Shown: positions 29,616 through 41,097, numbered from the stretch's first letter. The stretch: DNA of 64,000 nucleotides from an uncultured Muribaculaceae bacterium (GCA_949742535.1 CATJQX010000095.1:13-64012), one strand, 5' to 3'. Translations and numbers: made by a program. Notes: a model not told the origin generated them from the letters alone.

Positions 29616-30614
29616 TCACTTCCCTTTGCGCAGGGCGATCTCTTCTTTTTCATCGCGTCCTTTCCGCAGAAGTATCTTTTGGGTATAAGCCTTTATAAAT
29701 CCGCAACCGTATCCTCCGAGCTGGATTATGGATGCAGGGACCGCACGTGCTGCGATATTCAGGGAATGTGTCGCGCACAATGCGCTGACGAATATCGCTA
29801 TAAAATATAATGCAAGTGGCGCTATCCACCATGGAGAAGCGAATATAGCCAACAGAGTCAAGGCAACCGCACCGATGACGAAAAGGGCAGGAAGGCAATG
29901 CACCGGCTTGAGGCTGTCGGGATAGAGCAATTTCAGAGTGATGCGGGACATGCCGAATACATATACCTGACGTAGAAATTTTTTGAAATCCACACGCCTT
30001 TTATGATACACCGGAAGATCGGGATACAGACCGATTGTGAATCCGGCAAGCCGTATTCTTGTACTCATGTCGATATCCTCTGAAAACATTTCCCTGAAAC
30101 CGCCCACTTTCTCATATACATTTCTGGAAAATCCCATGTTAAAAGTGCGCGGAGTGAACTTTTCGAGGCGGACTTTGCCTCCCCTTATTCCTCCGGTTGT
30201 CAGGAATGAGGTCATGGCATGGTTGATGGCTTTCTGAGTTGGAGTAAAAGAACTGTCGGCCGCATCCGGACCACCGAAACAATCAAAGTAATCAGCCTCC
30301 GACATTGAGTTCAGTTTGGCAAAATAGTCATGCGGTATCACACAGTCGGAGTCAAAGAATATGAAATAATCTCCTGTCGCGCGTTCCATTCCGTAATTGC
30401 GGGCGATGGAGCGTCCCTCGTTATCCTTGAAGAAGTATTTTATATCAAGGCGATCACTGTATCTTTCGACCGTGTCCTTGCATGGAGCCGTGGAACCGTC
30501 CTCGACTATGATTACCTCGAAGTTTGATGCTGTCTGTTTGCCCAGGCTGTCCAGAAGGTCGTTTACCTCGTCAATGCGGTTATACACCGGTATTATAACC
30601 GAATATTTCTTCAT
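29616..30614 (-). CDS. Glycosyltransferase family 2
   Basis: SVIIPVYNR, EDGS, ARNYG, DSD, GGF..SED, C-terminal TMs. Confidence 0.9.
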   Translation of the reverse strand: MKKYSVIIPVYNRIDEVNDLLDSLGKQTASNFEVIIVEDGSTAPCKDTVERYSDRLDIKYFFKDNEGRSIARNYGMERATGDYFIFFDSDCVIPHDYFAKLNSMSEADYFDCFGGPDAADSSFTPTQKAINHAMTSFLTTGGIRGGKVRLEKFTPRTFNMGFSRNVYEKVGGFREMFSEDIDMSTRIRLAGFTIGLYPDLPVYHKRRVDFKKFLRQVYVFGMSRITLKLLYPDSLKPVHCLPALFVIGAVALTLLAIFASPWWIAPLALYFIAIFVSALCATHSLNIAARAVPASIIQLGGYGCGFIKAYTQKILLRKGRDEKEEIALRKGK

Positions 30615-30658
30615 AACAGGTCGTATAGGGAGGGTTATTGCGGGATGATCTATTCTTT

Positions 30659-31819
30659 TCAGGACATACGGTTCTTGTAGTCCTCATACGTGAACTTTCT
30701 CAGATAACGTTCGTTGCCGTTGGATTCCACCAATGCGATGGATGGATGTGTTATGCCGTTGAACATGTTGGTCTTGACGGTTGTATAATGGTTCATGTCC
30801 TCGAAGGTAAGACGGTCGCCAGGTTTAAGAGGCTTATCAAAATACCAGTCGCCCATAAAATCGCCGCTGAGGCAGGAATTGCCTCCGAAACGGTATTTGT
30901 ACACGCTGTCAGCCGGCAATGCCATCGCTTCGTTTTCATCCAGAGCCTCTGATACGGCCGGTTTATATGGCATCTCCAGACAATCAGGCATATGGCATGC
31001 GAACGATACATCCAGTATCGCTGTCCGTATTCCGTCATTTTCCACAATATCCACCACAGATGCCGCGAGGTCGCCTGTGCGCCATGTGAACGCACTTCCA
31101 GGTTCAAGTATCACCTCTATGTGCGGGTAACGGTTTTTGAAATCGCGGATCAGCTTGACAAGCAGGTCCGTATCATAACCTGCACGCGTCATTAGATGGC
31201 CGCCACCCATATTTACCCATTTTACATGGGGCAACAGATGTCCGAACTGACGCTCAAATGCCTCAAGAACTTTTTGCAGATCCTGGCTTGAGGATTCACA
31301 CAGAGCATGGAAATGCAATCCTTCTATTCCATCAGGTAATCCGTCTGCCAGTTCTCCAGCCTCCGCTCCGAAGCGGCTGCCGGGAAGGACCGGATTGTAA
31401 ATGTCAGTCTCCACAACAGAACACCTCGGGTTGACCCTTAAGCCGGGAGAGACATTACTGTCTGGATTTTCAGCATTGTATCTTTCGAGTGTTTCTTTAA
31501 ATGCCTTCCACTGGCTTATAGAGTTGAATGTGATGTGTGAACTGCCACGGAGGTACTCACCGATTGTATCCTGTGTGTATGCCGGACAATATGAGTGTAC
31601 CTTGACGTGCAACTCGTCCATGCCGAGCTTCAGCTCGTTGACCGAAGAGGCAGTACATTCTATACCGTATTCACGAAAAATATAGAATGTTTTCCATAGG
31701 GCGTTGGCCTTGAATGCCATTATGATTTTGGCGCCCGAGCGACGGCTTACGTCGGTAATGAGGTTGAGGTTGGCTCTGAGGCGATCCTCATATACTATAT
31801 AGCAGGGAGTGTTCAGCAC
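30659..31819 (-). CDS. nspC: Carboxynorspermidine decarboxylase
   Basis: TPCY, AFKA, LHFHALCE, MGGGH, EPG, HMPDCLEMPY, CLSGD. Confidence 0.92.
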   Translation of the reverse strand: MLNTPCYIVYEDRLRANLNLITDVSRRSGAKIIMAFKANALWKTFYIFREYGIECTASSVNELKLGMDELHVKVHSYCPAYTQDTIGEYLRGSSHITFNSISQWKAFKETLERYNAENPDSNVSPGLRVNPRCSVVETDIYNPVLPGSRFGAEAGELADGLPDGIEGLHFHALCESSSQDLQKVLEAFERQFGHLLPHVKWVNMGGGHLMTRAGYDTDLLVKLIRDFKNRYPHIEVILEPGSAFTWRTGDLAASVVDIVENDGIRTAILDVSFACHMPDCLEMPYKPAVSEALDENEAMALPADSVYKYRFGGNSCLSGDFMGDWYFDKPLKPGDRLTFEDMNHYTTVKTNMFNGITHPSIALVESNGNERYLRKFTYEDYKNRMS

Positions 31820-31885
31820 TTGTTGTATTCGGTTTATAAGTAAACTGTTAAAAATAATTTCGACCGGTTGCTTCGTTGATGATTG

Positions 31886-34255
31886 TTATTGGTCTGAAAT
31901 GGCGAACCGGGCATATTTAAGCATCAGTGTCCGTTGTGCGACGTTGGCGAACAATACCGTGATTTTAGCACCGGAGGGATCGGGATGGACGGTCTGGATT
32001 TTGCCTCTGCCGAATCTTTCATGCACTATGACCATCCCTTCCCATACCTCATCGAGGCCGTGCACAGAATATTGCCCTGCCGACGGCATCGTACGGGGAG
32101 GCGTGGTTGTCCCTATGGCATTTTTTCTTGATGCCACCCGCTCTGTCCATCTGTCGGAAGCATGTCCCGGCGGAGGGGTAGTTGCCGGTGCAGGGTTGAT
32201 AACCGACATTATGGCCGGGCTGTGGAACGAGGAGCGGTAATTTTCATAAGGATCAATGCCGTGATAACCTCCGCCGAGTTCAGTGCCCTGGACAAGTTTC
32301 AGATATTTCGGGTCGATGTCGTGTAGAAATCTCGATGGCTGGCACAATTTTGTCTGTCCGTTTCGGAAACGCGACGACGCATAGGTTATCATACAGAACT
32401 TGCGCGCCCTGGTAACGGCAACATACATAAGACGCCGTTCTTCTTCGATTTCCCCTAATGAGGATGATGCCATGGCAGAGGGGAACAGTTCCTCTTCCGC
32501 ACCGACTATAATGACATTGTTGAATTCCAATCCTTTTGCAGCATGCACGGTCATAAGCGTCACCTTGTGTTCCGCCGTGTCTTTTTCGTCCTGATCAGTG
32601 GCAAGAGATACTTCCGCAAGAAAATACGACATATTCGTGTGGTCGGTTTCACCGATTTCGTTATGTTCGTCTACGAAGTCTTTTACGTTGCTCAGAATTT
32701 CCTGCAGGTTCTCCTGTTTCGAGATGCTTTCCGGAGTAGTGTCGGAAATGAGAGAAGAAAGCAGCTTTGTGCGTCCTATTATGGTCGTAGCAAGAGTATA
32801 TGCATCGGCTCCCGATTTATCCATGTTGACGAAATCACCTATAAGCTCGCGGAAACCGGCAAGCTTTTTTAATGTGCCGCTGTTTACGCCAGGATTGTAT
32901 GTGTCGGGATCGCAGATTACACTCCAGATACTTACATTGCTGTCTATCGCGGTTCTTATAAGTTTGCTGACGGTGGTTTCACCGATACCTCTCGCCGGAT
33001 AATTGATTACTCTTTTGAGCGCCTCGTCATCATCGGGATTTGTGGCGAGACGGAAATATGCGATCGCGTCTTTGATTTCCTTGCGCTGATAGAAACTGAG
33101 GCCCCCGTATATGCGGTATGAAATATTCCTTTTTCTCAGAGATTCTTCCAGGCGGCGGCTTTGCGCATTGGTGCGGTAGAGCACGGCGAACTCATCAAGA
33201 TTGTCATGAGTCGAGCGCTGCAGCTGTGATATGCGGTTGGCTACCAGATATGCCTCCTCGAAATCGGTCGAACTGTTGAGCACTTCAATCCTTGCGCCTG
33301 TCTCATTTTCCGAGAACACCTCTTTCTTTATCTGTTCGCTGTTTTTGGCGATCAAAGAGTTGGCGGCGTTTACGATATTCTGTGTCGAACGGTAATTCTG
33401 TTCAAGCTTGAAAATCTTAAGTGTGGGATAAGCTTTCCTGAGATTCAGTATATTCTTTATGTTTGCCCCACGGAAAGAATAGATGCTCTGGGCATCATCG
33501 CCGACCATGGTAAGGCTGTTGCTTTCGCGGCATAATTCCGTGACTATGCAATGCTGCGCGAAATTTGTGTCCTGATACTCGTCAACCAGTACATACCGGA
33601 AAAATTCCTGATAATGGCGACGTATATCCGGATTGTCACGCAACAGAACGTTTGTATAATATAGCAGGTCATCAAAGTCCATGGCTCCAGCCACCAGGCA
33701 TCGGTGACGGTAAATACGGTATATCTCGGCGGTCAGGGGACGTCTGGCACGTTTGTCATTTTCCATGAGATCCTTGTCCATCATATACCGTTCCGGACTG
33801 ATCAGTGAGTTTTTTGCTGCCGATATGGCATTCTGCACAACTGACGGCTTGTATACCTTGTCATCGAGCTGCATGTCCTTGATAATCGCCTTTATCGCCT
33901 GTTTGGAGTCGGCAGCGTCATATATAGTGAAAGCCGGTTTGAAGCCGATCCTGTCCGCATGGTTGCGCAAAATGCGAGCGAATATGCTGTGGAACGTTCC
34001 CATCCACAGCCGTTTGGCCACTGCTCCTCCAACCAACGGCTCGATTCTCTCGCGCATTTCTCTCGCAGCCTTATTGGTAAAGGTCAGAGCCATGATGCGA
34101 TAAGGCTCATATCCGTGGGATAGAAGATGGACGATCTTATATGTCAACACACGGGTCTTGCCGGAGCCGGCTCCGGCAATCACCAGTTGCGGCCCCTCCA
34201 GATACTTGACCGCGGCCTGTTGCTGTGGATTAAGCTTTGATAGATAATCTTGCAT
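31886..34255 (-). CDS. uvrD: UvrD/PcrA helicase
   Basis: AGAGSGKT, TFTNKAA, DEYQD, QNYRST, HAAKGLEF, YVAVTRA; C-terminal HERFG Tudor-like domain. Confidence 0.93.
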   Translation of the reverse strand: MQDYLSKLNPQQQAAVKYLEGPQLVIAGAGSGKTRVLTYKIVHLLSHGYEPYRIMALTFTNKAAREMRERIEPLVGGAVAKRLWMGTFHSIFARILRNHADRIGFKPAFTIYDAADSKQAIKAIIKDMQLDDKVYKPSVVQNAISAAKNSLISPERYMMDKDLMENDKRARRPLTAEIYRIYRHRCLVAGAMDFDDLLYYTNVLLRDNPDIRRHYQEFFRYVLVDEYQDTNFAQHCIVTELCRESNSLTMVGDDAQSIYSFRGANIKNILNLRKAYPTLKIFKLEQNYRSTQNIVNAANSLIAKNSEQIKKEVFSENETGARIEVLNSSTDFEEAYLVANRISQLQRSTHDNLDEFAVLYRTNAQSRRLEESLRKRNISYRIYGGLSFYQRKEIKDAIAYFRLATNPDDDEALKRVINYPARGIGETTVSKLIRTAIDSNVSIWSVICDPDTYNPGVNSGTLKKLAGFRELIGDFVNMDKSGADAYTLATTIIGRTKLLSSLISDTTPESISKQENLQEILSNVKDFVDEHNEIGETDHTNMSYFLAEVSLATDQDEKDTAEHKVTLMTVHAAKGLEFNNVIIVGAEEELFPSAMASSSLGEIEEERRLMYVAVTRARKFCMITYASSRFRNGQTKLCQPSRFLHDIDPKYLKLVQGTELGGGYHGIDPYENYRSSFHSPAIMSVINPAPATTPPPGHASDRWTERVASRKNAIGTTTPPRTMPSAGQYSVHGLDEVWEGMVIVHERFGRGKIQTVHPDPSGAKITVLFANVAQRTLMLKYARFAISDQ

Positions 34256-34278
34256 GTAGGGTGTGCAATAGCATGACG

Positions 34279-34464
34279 TTACACGAATTTGTTTAGCCCC
34301 GGATTGTATATGTAACCGATTGCGCCCAGTTTTGCCTTGATTTCATTCTGATCAAGGTTCATGTCCTCGCACAGTGCGTCGAGAGAACGGTAAAAGTCAC
34401 GGAGTTTAGTATTGATTACTCCAAGCAGTATAACGGGATCGTTGGGTATATTGTCAAAAGTCAT
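34279..34464 (-). CDS. DUF4250-family small protein
   Basis: PNDPVILLGVINTKLRDFY.SLD.LC, KLGAIGY. Confidence 0.85.
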   Translation of the reverse strand: MTFDNIPNDPVILLGVINTKLRDFYRSLDALCEDMNLDQNEIKAKLGAIGYIYNPGLNKFV

Positions 34465-34606
34465 ATGGATACGGTAATTTGGATGCCCCGGGGTGCAAGC
34501 TAAACATGACACGGTCAAACGAGGCTCGTTGTATTATAATAATGCAAAATTAGCCATAATTCGGGAAAGATGCGTAACTTTGCATCAAATAAGTTATAAC
34601 ATACCG

Positions 34607-35566
34607 ATGCACTCGCCAGAATATTACTCAGACTTAATAGAAAAAAATCTCACAGGGATATCATATCCCCAACATCCTGACGGCTTGTATGCCCCCATCA
34701 GATATACTCTTGAGGGGGGAGGCAAAAGACTGCGCCCGATGTTACTTCTTGCCGCCGCTGATGCATATGGTCTTGCCCCGGAAAAAGCCATTCCGCAGGC
34801 TGTGGGGATAGAGATGTTTCATAATTTCACTCTGCTGCATGACGATGTGATGGATAACGCATCTGTCAGACGCGGCCGTCCCACAGTACATCGCAGGTGG
34901 AATCAGTCTGTGGCGATACTTTCCGGTGACGCCATGCTAACGATGGCGACACAGTATGTTTCGGATGCTTCTTCCGAGAAGGCGCATGATGTTTTGAAGC
35001 TCTTCAATAAAACCGCTATGGAGGTGTATGAAGGGCAGCAATACGACATGGATTTCGAGATACGCGACGATGTGTCGGTAGAAGAGTATCTTGAAATGAT
35101 CCGCCTCAAGACTTCGGTGCTTCTGGCATGTGCCGCCCGTATGGGGGCGTTGCTTGCTGGTGCCCCCGGGAAATCTATGGATGCCATCTATCGCTATGGG
35201 GAACTGCTGGGGCTTGCATTTCAGCTTCAGGACGATTATCTGGATACGTATGGCGATCCGGCTCTTTTCGGCAAAGAGATCGGAGGAGATATAATAAATG
35301 AGAAAAAGACATGGCTGTGGATCACTGCGATGTCGGAACGTCCCGAAGAGATAAAAGGGATATTGTCAAAAAAACTGACGGATTATCTCAAAATTAAAGA
35401 AATCAAATCGGTATATGACGATCTGAATCTGGCGGAAAGATCACATAAAATGATTGAACAGTATGCCGCAGAGGCAATCGCAGCGCTTGATTGCGCCGGC
35501 ATGCCGCATGAAGGACAGATTTTCTTTGAGAATCTGGCATCAGGTCTGATAAGCCGCAGCAACTGA
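34607..35566 (+). CDS. Polyprenyl synthetase (IspA/GGPP synthase type)
   Basis: GGKRLRP, LHDDVMD..RRG, GQQYD, FQLQDD; promoter TAACTTTG at 34575-34582 supports start 34607. Confidence 0.92.
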   Translation: MHSPEYYSDLIEKNLTGISYPQHPDGLYAPIRYTLEGGGKRLRPMLLLAAADAYGLAPEKAIPQAVGIEMFHNFTLLHDDVMDNASVRRGRPTVHRRWNQSVAILSGDAMLTMATQYVSDASSEKAHDVLKLFNKTAMEVYEGQQYDMDFEIRDDVSVEEYLEMIRLKTSVLLACAARMGALLAGAPGKSMDAIYRYGELLGLAFQLQDDYLDTYGDPALFGKEIGGDIINEKKTWLWITAMSERPEEIKGILSKKLTDYLKIKEIKSVYDDLNLAERSHKMIEQYAAEAIAALDCAGMPHEGQIFFENLASGLISRSN

Positions 35567-35597
35567 AATGACCTGCGGCAAGTAACTTTTGTTTCAG

Positions 35598-36371
35598 ATG
35601 ATATTTATAGATACGCATACACATCTTAATGACAGTGTATATGAGAATGAAGGCGTTGATGCAGTAAACAAGGCTGTGGCTGCTGGGGTGGAGATGATGA
35701 TTCTGCCAGGGACATCTCTTTCCGAACTGCCTTCAATGAAAGCCCTCGCAGCCAAGTTTCCCGATCGGTTGCGCATGTTCGCGGGATTGCATCCTACCGA
35801 ACTGACAGATGATCCGGAAAGCGCGCTTGAGGTGATAAGGAAGGAACTGGATACTCCCGGGCTGCCGTATGTCGGTGTAGGGGAGATCGGTATAGATTTG
35901 CATGAGGATCCCGCGCATAGAGAGCGTCAGATGGAAGCGTTTGATGCCCAGTGCCGTATGGCGCTTGAGCGCGGATTGCCAATCAATATTCACTGCCGCG
36001 ACGGGCTTGATGAGACCCTTGAAGTATTACAAGGTCTGCCTGCAATGCCACAAGGCGCCTTTCATTGTTTCGGGGGCACCCCATCGGATGTGGAGAGAAT
36101 ACGTGCTACCGGCGATTTCTATTTTGGGATAAACGGGATAGTTACGTTCAAGAATTCCGGATTGAGGGATACATTGCCCTCCATAGGGCTTGAACGCATT
36201 ATATTGGAAACAGATGCCCCCTATCTTGCTCCTGTTCCATATAGGGGCAAGCTTAATGACAGCAGTTATATACCTCTTATAGCTTCTGCCATAGCGTCTG
36301 CGCTTGGAGTCTCAATTGAAAAAGTTGCCGAGACAACTACGGCGTCCGCGAAAAGATTATATCGGCTGTAG
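35598..36371 (+). CDS. tatD: TatD-family hydrolase
   Basis: DTHTH, GLHP, GEIGID, IHCR, HCF, LETDAPYL. Confidence 0.9.
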   Translation: MIFIDTHTHLNDSVYENEGVDAVNKAVAAGVEMMILPGTSLSELPSMKALAAKFPDRLRMFAGLHPTELTDDPESALEVIRKELDTPGLPYVGVGEIGIDLHEDPAHRERQMEAFDAQCRMALERGLPINIHCRDGLDETLEVLQGLPAMPQGAFHCFGGTPSDVERIRATGDFYFGINGIVTFKNSGLRDTLPSIGLERIILETDAPYLAPVPYRGKLNDSSYIPLIASAIASALGVSIEKVAETTTASAKRLYRL

Positions 36372-36712
36372 CTTCGTTAATATATTTTAACTGTTTCGAC
36401 GCTATATTTGGGGCGGTGTCGAAAATCTGCGGCAAATTGTCGCATGCACCCCCATATACTAAGCGATCTTGATAGTAATTAATGGAATTATAGCATGCGG
36501 TTGAGTTGTGCTCCGTTAAATTAATTTCACATAAAAATTATGATAAAATACGTAACTTTGTAGTGCGTTATGGTGTGCGTGCGATTGCTACGCAAAACAG
36601 ATAAAATCCTGTCAGACATCATAATTTCAAACTGTGAACATCACGCCGGAGTATAATGTAGCCGGTAATACAAGAAATATATAATCACTCATAAATAAAA
36701 TACTCAGAACAT

Positions 36713-38362
36713 ATGAAAAAGAGCGCTTTACAGAAAGCTCGTGCGGCTTATCAGCCGAAGTTGCCTATTGTGCTCACAGGGGCCGTGCGTCCAGTAGAGG
36801 GACATGCCACACAATCTGTGGCTGATCAGGAAGATATCAAGAATCTTTTCCCCAATACCTACGGCCTTCCCGAACTGAAATTCGAGAAAAATCCCAATCC
36901 TACCGCGACAAAGCCAATCAACGTGGGCGTTATCCTGTCAGGTGGCCAGGCTCCCGGCGGACACAATGTGATTTGCGGCCTTTTCGACGGTATCAAGAAG
37001 GTACATCGCGACAGCCGTCTCTATGGATTCCTTATGGGACCCGGCGGTTTTGTTGATCACAAGTATGTGGAACTTACTTCTGAGTTTATTTCAGACTACC
37101 GCAATACCGGAGGTTTCGACATTATCGGTTCAGGCCGTACCAAACTGGAGACAAAAGAACAGTTTGACAAAGGTCTTGAGATTCTCAAAGAGCTCAATAT
37201 CCAGGCGCTTGTAATCATCGGTGGCGATGACTCCAACACAAACGCCGCTGTCCTCGCTGAATATTATAAGAGCATCAACGCAGGCGTCCAGGTGATCGGT
37301 TGTCCCAAAACTATCGACGGTGACCTGAAAAACGATGTGATCGAAACTTCTTTCGGCTTCGATACAGCCACTAAAGTTTACTCTGAGGTAATCGGCAATA
37401 TCCAGCGTGACTGTAACTCTGCAAAGAAATACTATCACTTTATTAAACTGATGGGGCGTTCCGCAAGCCATATTGCACTGGAATGCGCTCTTCAGTGCCA
37501 GCCTAATATCTGCATCATCTCGGAAGAGGTAGAAAGCAAGGATATGACACTTGACCAGGTGGTAGGATATATCGCCGACATCGTGGCAGAACGCGCCCGT
37601 CTCGGCATGAATTTCGGTACTGTCCTCATTCCCGAAGGTCTTATCGAGTTCATTCCTGCAGTAAAACGCCTTATCGCCGAGCTCAACGATCTGCTTGCCA
37701 AGAATGCCGATGAATTCGCTGCCGTAGCTGCTGCCGACCAGCGTGCGTATATCATCAATCACCTCTCCGCTGAAAATGCGGCTGTATATGAATCACTTCC
37801 TGAAGGTGTCGCTCGTCAGCTCAGTCTTGACCGTGACCCCCACGGAAATGTACAGGTATCTCTTATCGAGACAGAGAAACTGCTCTCCGAGATGGTAGGA
37901 AAGCGTCTGGAAGCTATGCGCAAGGATGGTAAATATGACGGTAAATTCTCCGCTCTGCACCACTTCTTCGGTTATGAAGGCCGTTGTGCCGATCCCTCCA
38001 ACTTTGACGCCGACTACTGCTATGCCCTCGGCTATAATGCAGCTTGCCTGATCCGTTGTGGTGTTACCGGTTACATGTCATCGGTACGTAACCTCACTAA
38101 ACCTGCTGTGCAGTGGGTTGCAGGCGGTATACCTATCACAATGATGATGAACATGGAGCGCCGTCACGGTATGATGAAACCTGTCATCCAGAAGGCTCTT
38201 GTGAAACTTGATGGAGCGCCTTTCCTGAAGTTTGCTTCCAAGCGTGACGACTGGGCATTAAACACATGCTATATCTATCCCGGTCCTATCCAGTACTTCG
38301 GTCCGGCAGAGGTATGCGATCAGCCAACCCTCACCCTCAAGTACGAACATCAGGGTAAATAA
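36713..38362 (+). CDS. pfp: Pyrophosphate-dependent phosphofructokinase
   Basis: [16 protein letters not shown] (PPi signature), PKTIDGD, MGR; promoter TAACTTTG at 36553-36560. Confidence 0.95.
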   Translation: MKKSALQKARAAYQPKLPIVLTGAVRPVEGHATQSVADQEDIKNLFPNTYGLPELKFEKNPNPTATKPINVGVILSGGQAPGGHNVICGLFDGIKKVHRDSRLYGFLMGPGGFVDHKYVELTSEFISDYRNTGGFDIIGSGRTKLETKEQFDKGLEILKELNIQALVIIGGDDSNTNAAVLAEYYKSINAGVQVIGCPKTIDGDLKNDVIETSFGFDTATKVYSEVIGNIQRDCNSAKKYYHFIKLMGRSASHIALECALQCQPNICIISEEVESKDMTLDQVVGYIADIVAERARLGMNFGTVLIPEGLIEFIPAVKRLIAELNDLLAKNADEFAAVAAADQRAYIINHLSAENAAVYESLPEGVARQLSLDRDPHGNVQVSLIETEKLLSEMVGKRLEAMRKDGKYDGKFSALHHFFGYEGRCADPSNFDADYCYALGYNAACLIRCGVTGYMSSVRNLTKPAVQWVAGGIPITMMMNMERRHGMMKPVIQKALVKLDGAPFLKFASKRDDWALNTCYIYPGPIQYFGPAEVCDQPTLTLKYEHQGK

Positions 38363-38478
38363 TACATCCCCGGCAGACGTGGCCTGTCGGTGCACTGCAG
38401 GGGCATATGCGTTGGTGTGCGAAATGATTGAAATCAGCACGCACACGACGGATATGCCCCTGTGGCGCTTTAACAACC

Positions 38479-39543
38479 ATGAACATTATGCATTCCATTG
38501 AAATCATACGTGCTGCATGCACTGCAATTGCTATTGCCGGTGCGATACCGGCATATATATGCGGCAAGTCTGATGACAGGTGGATAGGTAAGTCGGGTGG
38601 AAATCTTATGCGCGAAGTTGCCTCTACACATTCTCCGAAAAATTACTTTACTGTATTTGATGGAGAAGATGGAATATTCGAACGTTTGAAAATTACGGAC
38701 GGCAACCAGTATGGGACGGCCTACATAAATTATTTTTCATCAGACGAACTCCCATACGGAAAAAACGGCGGTCCTCCCTCAAATCTTGAATTACTCTACA
38801 TAGCGTCTCCGGAATGGTGGAAAATAACATCCCAGAATTATATAAGCGTAGGATATGATCTTCTGAATATGATTCCCGCCCCTTCCGGTATGCGAATGGT
38901 CATCGGGAATTGCGCTCCCGGAACAGTTATGAAGTCTGAATACGGGAATGACATATGGTGTATAGGGAGGGGAGCGGTAGGTTCGCAGGAAGTAAGGTTG
39001 TGGGCTCCCCCGGAAGTATTGAAAGGTGATGTTGCACGCATTCTTATGTATATGGCATGCATATATCCCGATGGGATATTGCGATATGAATCGTGTGGGG
39101 GAGTTGTGTGGGGAATGACGCAGGAAGATGGATTCACGAATGCGTATGCGAGCCAGCTGATGTCGTGGCACAGAGCTGATCCTCCATCTGAATATGAGAT
39201 GAGACGCAACGAGGTGCTGGGCAAATTGCAAGGTAATGCAAATCCTTTCGTGGAGTTTCCGCGACTGGCAGAATATCTTTGGGGCGATCATAAAGGGGAA
39301 GCATACGCAAACGCCGCAGTGCCACCGGAGGAAGCTCATCCGACGCTCAAAGGTATATATTCTGTGGACGAACCATACATATATCTGAACCTTGACGGTA
39401 TTCCAGATAATGCGATATGGGAAATTGATGGGAAAATTGTTGAGGGGGAATATCTTGTGCCGGCAAAGATCGGAACAGGTATTCATGAGTTGCGATTTGA
39501 CAGCGGTACATTCAAGGGAATGGTAAAAATAGAGATAAGATGA
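38479..39543 (+). CDS. Secreted endonuclease I-family protein with degenerate active site
   Basis: KGDVARILMYM, WHRADPPSEYE.RRN, QGNANPFV; hydrophobic N-terminus. Confidence 0.75.
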   Translation: MNIMHSIEIIRAACTAIAIAGAIPAYICGKSDDRWIGKSGGNLMREVASTHSPKNYFTVFDGEDGIFERLKITDGNQYGTAYINYFSSDELPYGKNGGPPSNLELLYIASPEWWKITSQNYISVGYDLLNMIPAPSGMRMVIGNCAPGTVMKSEYGNDIWCIGRGAVGSQEVRLWAPPEVLKGDVARILMYMACIYPDGILRYESCGGVVWGMTQEDGFTNAYASQLMSWHRADPPSEYEMRRNEVLGKLQGNANPFVEFPRLAEYLWGDHKGEAYANAAVPPEEAHPTLKGIYSVDEPYIYLNLDGIPDNAIWEIDGKIVEGEYLVPAKIGTGIHELRFDSGTFKGMVKIEIR

Positions 39544-40277
39544 GCAGAGGAATGTTACGACCGCTTTTCCGGACGATATTATATGGCGTTCTTGTGCCGA
39601 TAGTCTGTATGGTCCATTCGGCCTGCAGCGAGAGTCATAAGAATACCATGATCGATGAGACACGTCCGTATGCGGAAACATCTTACCTCTCCATTCCACT
39701 GGGGCAGTCAAGAGAGATAGAGATCAGGAATGCGACCGAAGCTAATGCCGCCAGTGTCCCGTCGTTTGTTGAAGTAACAGCGACCGGCAATATACTTACA
39801 GTCTTTGGAAAGAATGTCGGAAAAGGGGAGTTGGATATTAGGGCCGACGGGTATTTGCTGAGATGTACCGTAGAGGTGCTGAATGTGCCCGACGTCGCTG
39901 ATGATGCGTTTCCGGATGACACGGCAGAACAGTTGGCGGATATGTCTGTGAGGCTGATGTATGGTAACATGGTTATGAAATACGATGATCCGGGGAATAT
40001 GTTCGCAGTATCGTCTGATCATTGCACTGTCACAGCCAGATCTCTCCATACAGGCGGTAGAGTATGTGTGTCTTCCCCATCCCCTTTTATGGATGTTGCA
40101 GATGATATGGTTCCGTATACTATTGTTTCTCCGAGCCTTGGTGTGAATGGAGAGAATGTGGAATTAAGCAGGGCTGTGGTGCTTAAGGTTTCTGATAACC
40201 GTATATGGCTTCTCTGTATGCCTGCCCATAAAAAGACCTGCCTGTGGTTGGTTATGGAAAGGGCTGTGTTAAAGTGA
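39540..40277 (+). CDS. Hypothetical lipoprotein, Ig-like N-terminal region
   Basis: Signal region ending HSAC; ATGA overlap with the upstream gene. Confidence 0.6.
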   Translation: MSRGMLRPLFRTILYGVLVPIVCMVHSACSESHKNTMIDETRPYAETSYLSIPLGQSREIEIRNATEANAASVPSFVEVTATGNILTVFGKNVGKGELDIRADGYLLRCTVEVLNVPDVADDAFPDDTAEQLADMSVRLMYGNMVMKYDDPGNMFAVSSDHCTVTARSLHTGGRVCVSSPSPFMDVADDMVPYTIVSPSLGVNGENVELSRAVVLKVSDNRIWLLCMPAHKKTCLWLVMERAVLK

Positions 40278-40318
40278 ATAAATTCGAACAGTTACGTAAA
40301 AATAGATATTAGGATATA

Positions 40319-40978
40319 ATGGAATATGATGTAGAACCGATTTTCAGGCATTTTCCTGAATTTTCCACCGTTCAACGCGAACAGATATGCCGCCTTGGCG
40401 AGCTGTATCCGGAGTGGAATGAGAAGATTAATGTCATATCAAGGAAAGATATACAGAATCTGTACTCACACCATGTGCTGCATTCGCTTGCCATCGCTAA
40501 ATTTCTGCCCGGTCTCCCGGAGGGAGTAAAGATACTTGACATGGGTACCGGTGGAGGCTTTCCAGGCATTCCTCTGGCTATTGCCATGCCTCAATGTAGA
40601 TTCCATCTGATCGACCGTATCGGAAAGAAAATAAAAGTGGCGACAGAAATCGCATCCGCCTTAGGTCTTAAGAATGTGACTTTCCAACATGGCGATATCG
40701 CGGAGTGCAAAGACAAATACCACTTTGTAGTCTCGCGCGCGGTAATGCCGCTTGACAGCCTCATTCCGTTGGTGCGTAAGAATATCCTGCATGAAAAACA
40801 TCCGGATGTCACTTATGGGATGCCGAACGGTCTGGTTTGTCTGAAAGGGGGGGATCTTGCCGCGGAACTTCGTGCATCTGCGAAAATCGCGTCGGAACCA
40901 ATGATAGACAGCATTACAAACTATTTTCCGGAAGATCCTTTCTTTGAAACCAAGAAGCTGATATATCAGCCACTCTGA
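40319..40978 (+). CDS. rsmG: 16S rRNA m7G527 methyltransferase
   Basis: WNEKINVISR, HVLHSL, DMGTGGGFPGIPLA, VVSRAV, LKG. Confidence 0.95.
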   Translation: MEYDVEPIFRHFPEFSTVQREQICRLGELYPEWNEKINVISRKDIQNLYSHHVLHSLAIAKFLPGLPEGVKILDMGTGGGFPGIPLAIAMPQCRFHLIDRIGKKIKVATEIASALGLKNVTFQHGDIAECKDKYHFVVSRAVMPLDSLIPLVRKNILHEKHPDVTYGMPNGLVCLKGGDLAAELRASAKIASEPMIDSITNYFPEDPFFETKKLIYQPL

Positions 40979-41097
40979 ACAGGTGTGCCGCGTAAACCGT
41001 TTGAATGGAAACAGTCATCTGTTTTAGACTGTGATAAGGTGCGACATATGCGGAATTATGCCGGAGTTATAGCTTATAGCAATTAAATTACGAAAGT

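Noticed and set aside
36646-36665. CCGGAGTATAA motif recurring at ~53197
   Set aside because: An 11-bp match in different contexts (pfp leader and upstream of dnaB on the opposite strand); compatible with chance
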